Assembly: GCF_009914755.1 (NCBI RefSeq)
Contig: NC_060932.1
DNA from: the human T2T-CHM13v2.0 reference genome, Homo sapiens
Length of the DNA: 64,000 bases
Reading direction: 5' to 3' (one strand)
Shown here piece by piece: positions 1 through 10,900 of the stretch. The position numbers were made by a program, and so were the translations under genes. The notes under the pieces are model-generated. The model saw only the letters and a list, made by a program, of their open reading frames with translations, made no database searches and had not been told where the DNA came from. Within the stretch, counting starts at the first letter, position 1, and every line of letters starts with the position of its first letter.

Positions 1-14
1 GATAGATTTGAGGA

Positions 15-31
15 TTTCGTTGGAAACGGGA
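15..31 (+). promoter_or_regulatory. CENP-B box (first example; roughly 170 intact boxes in the window, 4 per typical 8-mer and 3 per 7-mer)
   Basis: TTTCGTTGGAAACGGGA matches the 17-bp box YTTCGTTGGAARCGGGA. The total is extrapolated from the unit structure rather than counted box by box. Confidence 0.95.
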
Positions 32-865
32 TTATATATCAAAAGGAGACAGCAGCATTCTCAGAAACTTCTTTGTGATGTTTGCATCCAGCTCTCAGAG
101 TTGAACATTCCCTTTCATAGAGTAGGTTTGAAACCCTCTTTTTATAGTGTCTGGAAGCGGGCATTTGGAGCGCTTTCAGGCCTATGCTGAAAAAGGAAAT
201 ATCTACCTATAGAAACTAGACAGAAGCATTCTGAGAATCACGTTTGTGATGTGGGTACTCAACTAACAGTGTTGATCCATTCTTTTGATACAGCAGTTTT
301 GAACCACCCTTTTTGTAGAATCTGCAAGTGGATATTTGGATAGCTGTGAGGATTTCGTTGGAAACGGGAATGTCTTCATAGAAAATTTAGACAGAAGCAT
401 TCTCAGAACCTTGATTGTGATGTGTGTTCTCCACTAACAGAGTTGAACCTTTCTTTTGACAGAACTGTTCTGAAACATTCTTTTTATAGAATCTGGAAGT
501 GGATATTTGGAAAGCTTTGAGGATTTCGTTGGAAACGGGAATATCTTCAAATCAAATCTAGCCAGAAGCATTCTAAGAAACATCTTAGGGATGTTTACAT
601 TCAAGTCACAGAGTTGAACATTCCCTTTCACAGAGCAGGTTTGAAACAATCTTCTCGTACTATCTGGCAGTGGACATTTTGAGCTCCTTGGGGCCTATGC
701 TGAAAAAGGAAATATCTTCCGACAAAAACTAGACAGAAGCATTCGCAGAATCACGTTTGTGATGTGTGCACTCAACTGTCAGAATTGAACCTTGGTTTGG
801 ACAGAGCACTTTTGAAACACTCTTTTTGTAGAATCTGCAGGTGGATATTTGGCTAGCTTTGAGGA

Positions 866-882
866 TTTCGTTGGAAACGGTA
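866..882 (+). promoter_or_regulatory. Degenerate CENP-B box in monomer E (fixed in the 7-mers)
   Basis: TTTCGTTGGAAACGGTA has CGGT in place of the essential CGGG of the nTTCGnnnnAnnCGGGn core. Confidence 0.85.
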
Positions 883-1080
883 ATGTCTTCAAAGAAAATC
901 TAGACAGAAGCATTCTCAGAAACACCTTCGTGATGTTTGCAATCAAGTCACAGAGTTGAACCTTCCGTTTCATAGAGCAGGTTGGAAACACTCTTTTTGT
1001 AGTATCTGGAAGTGGACATTTGGAGGGCTTTGTAGCCTATGTGGAAAAAGGAAATATCTTCCCATGAATGCGAGATAGAA

Positions 1081-2436
1081 GTAATCTCAGAAACATGTTT
1101 ATGCTGTATCTACTCAACTAACTGTGCTGAACATTTCTATTGATAGAGCAGTTTTGAGACACTCTTCTTTTGGAATCTGCAAGTGGATATTTGGATAGAT
1201 TTGAGGATTTCGTTGGAAACGGGATTATATATAAAAAGGAGACAGCAGCATTCTCAGAAACTTCTTTGTGATGTTTGCATCCAGCTCTCAGAGTTGAACA
1301 TTCCCTTTCATAGAGTAGGTTTGAAACCCTCTTTTTATAGTGTCTGGAAGCGGGCATTTGGAGCGCTTTCAGGCCTATGCTTAAAATAGGAAATATCTAC
1401 CTACAGAAACTAGACAGAAGCATTCTGAGAATCACGTTTGTGATGTGGGTACTCAACTAACAGTGTTGATCCATTCTTTTGATACAGCAGTTTTGAACCA
1501 CACTTTTTGTAGAATCTGCAAGAGGATATTTGGATAGCTGTGAGGATTTCGTTGGAAACGGGAATGTCTTCAAAGAAAATCTAGACAGAAGCATTCTCAG
1601 AAACACCTTCGTGATGTTTGCAATCAAGTCACAGAGTTGAACCTTCCGTTTCATAGAGCAGGTTGGAAACACTCTTATTGTAGTATCTGGAAGTGGACAT
1701 TTGGAGCGCTTTCAGGCCTATGGTGAAAAAGGAAATATCTTCCCATAAAAACGACATAGAAGCTATCTCAGGAACTTGTTTATGATGCATCTAATCAACT
1801 AACAGTGTTGAACCTTTGTACTGACAGAGCAGTTTGAAACACTCTTTTTTTGGAATCTGCAAGTGGATATTTGGATCGCTTTGAGGATTTCGTTGGAAAC
1901 GGGATGCAATATAAAACGTACACAGCAGCATACTCAGAAAATACTTTGCCATATTTCCATTCAAGTCACAGAGTGGAACATTCCCATTCATAGAGCAGGT
2001 TGGAAACACTCTTTTTGGAGTATCTGGAAGTGGACATTTGGAGCGCTTTCTGAACTATGGTGAAAAAGGAAATATCTTCCAATGAAAACAAGACAGAAGC
2101 ATTCTGAGAAACTTATTTGTGATGTGTGTCCTCAACAAACGGACTTGAACCTTTCGTTTCATGCAGTACTTCTGGAACACTCTTTTTGAAGATTCTGCAT
2201 GCGGATATTTGGATAGCTTTGAGGATTTCGTTGGAAACGGTCTTACATGTAAAAATTAGACAGCAGCATTCTCAGAAACTTCTTTGTGGTGTCTGCATTC
2301 AAGTCACAGAATTGAACTTCCCCTCACATAGAGCAGTTGTGCAGCACTCTATTTGTAGTATCTGGAAGTGGACATTTGGAGGGCTTTGTAGCCTATCTGG
2401 AAAAAGGAAATATCTTCCCATGAATGCGAGATAGAA
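1081..2436 (+). repeat. Representative 8-mer HOR, 1356 bp (G-A-B/E-F-H-I-J-K); 28 copies in the window
   Basis: Copies start at 1081, 2437, 4986, 6342, 8890, 10246, 11602, 12958, 15503, 18051, 20600, 23149, 24505, 27054, 28410, 30959, 33508, 36057, 38606, 41155, 43704, 47267, 49816, 52365, 54914, 57463, 60012 and 62561. Markers are GCTTAAAATAGG, AAGAGGATAT, GCTATCTCAGG and CATACTCAGAAAAT. Confidence 0.95.
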
Positions 2437-3792
2437 GTAATCTGAGAAACATGTTTATGCTGTATCTACTCAACTAACTGTGCTGAACATTTCCATTGAT
2501 AGAGCAGTTTTGAGACACTCTTCTTTTGGAATCTGCAAGTGGATATTTGGAGAGATTTGAGGATTTCGTTGGAAACGGGATTATATATAAAAAGTAGACA
2601 GCAGCATTCTCAGAAACTTCTTTGTGATGTTTGCATCCAGCTCTCAGAGTTGAACATTCCCTTTCATAGAGTAGGTTTGAAACCCTCTTTTTGTAGTGTC
2701 TGGAAGCGGGCATTTGGAGCGCTTTCAGGCCTATGTTTAAAATAGGAAATATCTACCTACAGAAACTAGACAGAAGCATTCTGAGAATCACGTTTGTGAT
2801 GTGGGTACTCAACTAACAGTGTTGATCCATTCTTTTGATACAGCAGTTTTGAACCACACTTTTTGTAGAATCTGCAAGAGGATATTTGGATAGCTGTGAG
2901 GATTTCGTTGGAAACGGGGATGTCTTCAAAGAAAATCTAGACAGAAGCATTCTCAGAAACACCTTCGTGATGTTTGCAATCAAGTCACAGAGTTGAACCT
3001 TCCGTTTCATAGAGCAGGTTGGAAACACTCTTATTGTAGTATCTGGAAGTGGACATTTGGAGCGCTTTCAGGCCTATGGTGAAAAAGGAAATATCTTCCC
3101 ATAAAAACGACATAGAAGCTATCTCAGGAACTTGTTTATGATGCATCTAATCAACTAACAGTGTTGAACCTTTGTACTGACAGAGCAGTTTGAAACACTC
3201 TTTTTTTGGAATCTGCAAGTGGATATTTGGATCGCTTTGAGGATTTCGTTGGAAACGGGATGCAATATAAAACGTACACAGCAGCATACTCAGAAAATAC
3301 TTTGCCATATTTCCATTCAAGTCACAGAGTGGAACATTCCCATTCATAGAGCAGGTTGGAAACACTCTTTTTGGAGTATCTGGAAGTGGACATTTGGAGC
3401 GCTTTCTGAACTATGGTGAAAAAGGAAATATCTTCCAATGAAAACAAGACAGAAGCATTCTGAGAAACTTATTTGTGATGTGTGTCCTCAACAAACGGAC
3501 TTGAACCTTTCGTTTCATGCAGTACTTCTGGAACACTCTTTTTGAAGATTCTGCATGCGGATATTTGGATAGCTTTGAGGATTTCGTTGGAAACGGGCTT
3601 ACATGTAAAAATTAGACAGCAGCATTCTCAGAAACTTCTTTGTGGTGTCTGCATTCAAGTCACAGAATTGAACATCCCCTCACATAGAGCAGTTGTGCAG
3701 CACTCTATTTGTAGTATCTCGAAGTGGACATTTGGAGGGCTTTGTAGCCTATGTGGAAAAAGGAAATATCTTCCCATGAATGCGAGATAGAA

Positions 3793-4985
3793 GTAATCTC
3801 AGAAACATGTTTATGCTGTATCTACTCAACTAAATGTGCTGAACATTTCTATTGATAGAGCAGTTTTGAGACACTCTTCTTTTGGAATCTGCAAGTGGAT
3901 ATTTGGATAGATTTGAGGATTTCGTTGGAAACGGGATTATATATAAAAAGTAGACAGCAGCATTCTCAGAAACTTCTTTGTGATGTTTGCATCCAGCTCT
4001 CAGAGTTGAACATTCCCTTTCATAGAGTAGGTTTGAAACCCTCTTTTTATAGTGTCTGGAAGCGGGCATTTGGAGCGCTTTCAGGCCTATGCTGAAAAAG
4101 GAAATATCTACCTATAGAAACTAGACAGAAGCATTCTGAGAATCACGTTTGTGATGTGGGTACTCAACTAACAGTGTTGATCCATTCTTTTGATACAGCA
4201 GTTTTGAACCACACTTTTTGTAGAATCTGCAAGTGGATATTTGGATAGCTGTGAGGATTTCGTTGGAAACGGGAATGTCTTCATAGAAAATGTAGACAGA
4301 AGCATTCTCAGAACCTTGATTGTGATGTGTGTTCTCCACTAACAGAGTTGAACCTTTCTTTTGACAGAACTGTTCTGAAACATTCTTTTTATAGAATCTG
4401 GAAGTGGATATTTGGAAAGCTTTGAGGATTTCGTTGGAAACGGGAATATCTTCAAATCAAATCTAGCCAGAAGCATTCTAAGAAACATCTTAGGGATGTT
4501 TACATTCAAGTCACAGAGTTGAACATTCCCTTTCACAGAGCAGGTTTGAAACAATCTTCTCGTACTATCTGGCAGTGGACATTTTGAGCTCCTTGGGGCC
4601 TATGCTGAAAAAGGAAATATCTTCCGACAAAAACTAGACAGAAGCATTCGCAGAATCACGTTTGTGATGTGTGCACTCAACTGTCAGAATTGAACCTTGG
4701 TTTGGACAGAGCACTTTTGAAACACTCTTTTTGTAGAATCTGCAGGTGGATATTTGGCTAGCTTTGAGGATTTCGTTGGAAACGGTAATGTCTTCAAAGA
4801 AAATCTAGACAGAAGCATTCTCAGAAACACCTTCGTGATGTTTGCAATCAAGTCACAGAGTTGAACCTTCCGTTTCATAGAGCAGGTTGGAAACACTCTT
4901 TTTGTAGTATCTGGAAGTGGACATTTGGAGGGCTTTGTAGCCTATGTGGAAAAAGGAAATATCTTCCCATGAATGCGAGATAGAA
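3793..4985 (+). repeat. Representative 7-mer HOR, 1193 bp (G-A-B-C-D-E-F/K); 20 complete copies plus a partial copy at 1-1080
   Basis: Copies start at 3793, 7697, 14314, 16858, 19407, 21956, 25861, 29766, 32315, 34864, 37413, 39962, 42511, 46074, 48623, 51172, 53721, 56270, 58819 and 61368. Markers are CCTTGATTGTG, CTAAGAAACATCTTAGGG and ATTCGCAGAATC. Confidence 0.95.
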
Positions 4986-7900
4986 GTAATCTCAGAAACA
5001 TGTTTATGCTGTATCTACTCAACTAACTGTGCTGAACATTTCTATTGATAGAGCAGTTTTGAGACACTCTTCTTTTGGAATCTGCAAGTGGATATTTGGA
5101 GAGATTTGAGGATTTCGTTGGAAACGGGATTATATATAAAAAGTAGACAGCAGCATTCTCAGAAACTTCTTTGTGATGTTTGCATCCAGCTCTCAGAGTT
5201 GAACATTCCCTTTCATAGAGTAGGTTTGAAACCCTCTTTTTATAGTGTCTGGAAGCGGGCATTTGGAGCGCTTTCAGGCCTATGCTTAAAATAGGAAATA
5301 TCTACCTACAGAAACTAGACAGAAGCATTCTGAGAATCACGTTTGTGATGTGGGTACTCAACTAACAGTGTTGATCCATTCTTTTGATACAGCAGTTTTG
5401 AACCACACTTTTTGTAGAATCTGCAAGAGGATATTTGGATAGCTGTGAGGATTTCGTTGGAAACGGGAATGTCTTCAAAGAAAATCTAGACAGAAGCATT
5501 CTCAGAAACACCTTCGTGATGTTTGCAATCAAGTCACAGAGTTGAACCTTCCGTTTCATAGAGCAGGTTGGAAACACTCTTATTGTAGTATCTGGAAGTG
5601 GACATTTGGAGCGCTTTCAGGCCTATGGTGAAAAAGGAAATATCTTCCCATAAAAACGACATAGAAGCTATCTCAGGAACTTGTTTATGATGCATCTAAT
5701 CAACTAACAGTGTTGAACCTTTGTACTGACAGAGCAGTTTGAAACACTTTTTTTTTGGAATCTGCAAGTGGATATTTGGATCGCTTTGAGGATTTCGTTG
5801 GAAACGGGATGCAATATAAAACGTACACAGCAGCATACTCAGAAAATACTTTGCCATATTTCCATTCAAGTCACAGAGTGGAACATTCCCATTCATAGAG
5901 CAGGTTGGAAACACTCTTTTTGGAGTATCTGGAAGTGGACATTTGGAGCGCTTTCTGAACTATGGTGAAAAAGGAAATATCTTCCAATGAAAACAAGACA
6001 GAAGCATTCTGAGAAACTTATTTGTGATGTGTGTCCTCAACAAACGGACTTGAACCTTTCGTTTCATGCAGTACTTCTGGAACACTCTTTTTGAAGATTC
6101 TGCATGCGGATATTTGGATAGCTTTGAGGATTTCGTTGGAAACGGGCTTACATGTAAAAATTAGACAGCAGCATTCTCAGAAACTTCTTTGTGGTGTCTG
6201 CATTCAACTCACAGAATTGAACTTCCCCTCACATAGAGCAGTTGTGCAGCACTCTATTTGTAGTATCTGGAAGTGGACATTTGGAGGGCTTTGTAGCCTA
6301 TCTGGAAAAAGGAAATATCTTCCCATGAATGCGAGATAGAAGTAATCTGAGAAACATGTTTATGCTGTATCTACTCAACTAACTGTGCTGAACATTTCTA
6401 TTGATAGAGCATTTTGAGACACTCTTCTTTTGGAATCTGCAAGTGGATATTTGGATAGATTTGAGGATTTCGTTGGAAACGGGATTATATATAAAAAGTA
6501 GACAGCAGCATTCTCAGAAACTTCTTTGTGATGTTTGCATCCAGCTCTCAGAGTTGAACATTCCCTTTCATAGAGTAGGTTTGAAACCCTCTTTTTATAG
6601 TGTCTGGAAGCGGGCATTTGGAGCGCTTTCAGGCCTATGCTTAAAATAGGAAATATCTACCTACAGAAACTAGACAGAAGCATTCTGAGAATCACGTTTG
6701 TGATGTGGGTACTCAACTAACAGTGTTGATCTATTCTTTTGATACAGCAGTTTTGAACCACACTTTTTGTAGAATCTGCAAGAGGATATTTGGATAGCTG
6801 TGAGGATTTCGTTGGAAACGGGAATGTCTTCAAAGAAAATCTAGACAGAAGCATTCTCAGAAATACCTTCGTGATGTTTGCAATCAAGTCACAGAGTTGA
6901 ACCTTCCGTTTCATAGAGCAGGTTGGAAACACTCTTATTGTAGTATCTGGAAGTGGACATTTGGAGCGCTTTCAGGCCTATGGTGAAAAAGGAAATATCT
7001 TCCCATAAAAACGACATAGAAGCTATCTCAGGAACTTTTTTATGATGCATCTAATCAACTAACAGTGTTGAACCTTTGTACTGACAGAGCAGTTTGAAAC
7101 ACTCTTTTTTTGGAATCTGCAAGTGGATATTTGGATCGCTTTGAGGATTTCGTTGGAAACGGGATGCAATATAAAACGTACACAGCAGCATACTCAGAAA
7201 ATACTTTGCCATATTTCCATTCAAGTCACAGAGTGGAACATTCCCATTCATAGAGCAGGTTGGAAACACTCTTTTTGGAGTATCTGGAAGTGGACATTTG
7301 GAGCGCTTTCTGAACTATGGTGAAAAAGGAAATATCTTCCAATGAAAACAACACAGAAGCATTCTGAGAAACTTATTTGTGATGTGTGTCCTCAACAAAC
7401 GGACTTGAACCTTTCGTTTCATGCAGTACTTCTGGAACACTCTTTTTGAAGATTCTGCATGCGGATATTTGGATAGCTTTGAGGATTTCGTTGGAAACGG
7501 TCTTACATGTAAAAATTAGACAGCAGCATTCTCAGAAACTTCTTTGTGGTGTCTGCATTCAAGTCACAGAATTTAACTTCCCCTCACATAGAGCAGTTGT
7601 GCAGCACTCTATTTGTAGTATCTGGAAGTGGACATTTGGAGGGCTTTGTAGCCTATCTGGAAAAAGGAAATATCTTCCCATGAATGCGAGATAGAAGTAA
7701 TCTCAGAAACATGTTTATGCTGTATCTACTCAACTAACTGTGCTGAACATTTCTATTGATAGAGCAGTTTTGAGACACTCTTCTTTTGGAATCTGCAAGT
7801 GGATATTTGGATAGATTTGAGGATTTCGTTGGAAACGGGATTATATATAAAAAGTAGACAGCAGCATTCTCAGAAACTTCTTTGTGATGTTTGCATCCAG

Positions 7901-10900
7901 CTCTCAGAGTTGAACATTCCCTTTCATAGAGTAGGTTTGAAACCCTCTTTTTATAGTGTCTGGAAGCGGGCATTTGGAGCGCTTTCAGGCCTATGCTGAA
8001 AAAGGAAATATCTACCTATAGAAACTAGACAGAAGCATTCTGAGAATCACGTTTGTGATGTGGGTACTCAACTAACAGTGTTGATCCATTCTTTTGATAC
8101 AGCAGTTTTGAACCACACTTTTTGTAGAATCTGCAAGTGGATATTTGGATAGCTGTGAGGATTTCGTTGGAAACGGGAATGTCTTCATAGAAAATGTAGA
8201 CAGAAGCATTCTCAGAACCTTGATTGTGATGTGTGTTCTCCACTAACAGAGTTGAACCTTTCTTTTGACAGAACTGTTCTGAAACATTCTTTTTATAGAA
8301 TCTGGAAGTGGATATTTGGAAAGCTTTGAGGATTTCGTTGGAAACGGGAATATCTTCAAATAAAATCTAGCCAGAAGCATTCTAAGAAACATCTTAGGGA
8401 TGTTTACATTCAAGTCACAGAGTTGAACATTCCCTTTCACAGAGCAGGTTTGAAACAATCTTCTCGTACTATCTGGCAGTGGACATTTTGAGCTCCTTGG
8501 GGCCTATGCTGAAAAAGGAAATATCTTCCGACAAAAACTAGACAGAAGCATTCGCAGAATCACGTTTGTGATGTGTGCACTCAACTGTCAGAATTGAACC
8601 TTGGTTTGGACAGAGCACTTTTGAAACACTCTTTTTGTAGAATCTGCAGGTGGATATTTGGCTAGCTTTGAGGATTTCGTTGGAAACGGTAATGTCTTCA
8701 AAGAAAATCTAGACAGAAGCATTCTCAGAAACACCTTCGTGATGTTTGCAATCAAGTCACAGAGTTGAACCTTCCGTTTCATAGAGCAGGTTGGAAACAC
8801 TCTTTTTGTAGTATCTGGAAGTGGACATTTGGAGGGCTTTGTAGCCTATCTGGAAAAAGGAAATATCTTCCCATGAATGCGAGATAGAAGTAATCTGAGA
8901 AACATGTTTATGCTGTATCTACTCAACTAACTGTGCTGAACATTTCTATTGATAGAGCAGTTTTGAGACACTCTTCTTTTGGAATCTGCAAGTGGATATT
9001 TGGATAGATTTGAGGATTTCGTTGGAAACGGGATTATATATAAAAAGTAGACAGCAGCATTCTCAGAAACTTCTTTGTGATGTTTGCATCCAGCTCTCAG
9101 AGTTGAACATTCCCTTTCATAGAGTAGGTTTGAAACCCTCTTTTTATAGTGTCTGGAAGCGGGCATTTGGAGCGCTTTCAGGCCTATGCTTAAAATAGGA
9201 AATATCTACCTACAGAAACTAGACAGAAGCATTCTGAGAATCACGTTTGTGATGTGGGTACTCAACTAACAGTGTTGATCCATTCTTTTGATACAGCAGT
9301 TTTGAACCACACTTTTTGTAGAATCTGCAAGAGGATATTTGGATAGCTGTGAGGATTTCGTTGGAAACGGGAATGTCTTCAAAGAAAATCTAGACAGAAG
9401 CATTCTCAGAAACACCTTCGTGATGTTTGCAATCAAGTCACAGAGTTGAACCTTCCGTTTCATAGAGCAGGTTGGAAACACTCTTATTGTAGTATCTGGA
9501 AGTGGACATTTGGAGCGCTTTCAGGCCTATGGTGAAAAAGGAAATATCTTCCCATAAAAACGACATAGAAGCTATCTCAGGAACTTGTTTATGATGCATC
9601 TAATCAACTAACAGTGTTGAACCTTTGTACTGACAGAGCAGTTTGAAACACTCTTTTTTTGGAATCTGCAAGTGGATATTTGGATCGCTTTGAGGATTTC
9701 GTTGGAAACGGGATGCAATATAAAACGTACACAGCAGCATACTCAGAAAATACTTTGCCATATTTCCATTCAAGTCACAGAGTGGAACATTCCCATTCAT
9801 AGAGCAGGTTGGAAACACTCTTTTTGGAGTATCTGGAAGTGGACATTTGGAGCGCTTTCTGAACTATGGTGAAAAAGGAAATATCTTCCAATGAAAACAA
9901 GACAGAAGCATTCTGAGAAACTTATTTGTGATGTGTGTCCTCAACAAACGGACTTGAACCTTTCGTTTCATGCAGTACTTCTGGAACACTCTTTTTGAAG
10001 ATTCTGCATGCGGATATTTGGATAGCTTTGAGGATTTCGTTGGAAACGGTCTTACATGTAAAAATTAGACAGCAGCATTCTCAGAAACTTCTTTGTGGTG
10101 TCTGCATTCAAGTCACAGAATTGAACTTCCCCTCACATAGAGCAGTTGTGCAGCACTCTATTTGTAGTATCTGGAAGTGGACATTTGGAGGGCTTTGTAG
10201 CCTATCTGGAAAAAGGAAATATCTTCCCATGAATGCGAGATAGAAGTAATCTGAGAAACATGTTTATGCTGTATCTACTCAACTAACTGTGCTGAACATT
10301 TCTATTGATAGAGCAGTTTTGAGACACTCTTCTTTTGGAATCTGCAAGTGGATATTTGGATAGATTTGAGGATTTCGTTGGAAACGGGATTATATATAAA
10401 AAGTAGACAGCAGCATTCTCAGAAACTTCTTTGTGATGTTTGCATCCAGCTCTCAGAGTTGAACATTCCCTTTCATAGAGTAGGTTTGAAACCCTCTTTT
10501 TATAGTGTCTGGAAGCGGGCATTTGGAGCGCTTTCAGGCCTATGCTTAAAATAGGAAATATCTACCTACAGAAACTAGACAGAAGCATTCTGAGAATCAC
10601 GTTTGTGATGTGGGTACTCAACTAACAGTGTTGATCCATTCTTTTGATACAGCAGTTTTGAACCACACTTTTTGTAGAATCTGCAAGAGGATATTTGGAT
10701 AGCTGTGAGGATTTCGTTGGAAACGGGAATGTCTTCAAAGAAAATCTAGACAGAAGCATTCTCAGAAACACCTTCGTGATGTTTGCAATCAAGTCACAGA
10801 GTTGAACCTTCCGTTTCATAGAGCAGGTTGGAAACACTCTTATTGTAGTATCTGGAAGTGGACATTTGGAGCGCTTTCAGGCCTATGGTGAAAAAGGAAA

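Noticed and set aside
30-45. TATA-like TATATATAAAAAG after the monomer G box
   Set aside because: It is part of the AT-rich monomer linker repeated in every unit, and promoter activity cannot be inferred from sequence.
570-590. Small inverted repeat CTAAGA-AACA-TCTTAG in monomer D
   Set aside because: It is a 6-bp stem. Short dyads are common in alpha satellite, and nothing here shows a function.
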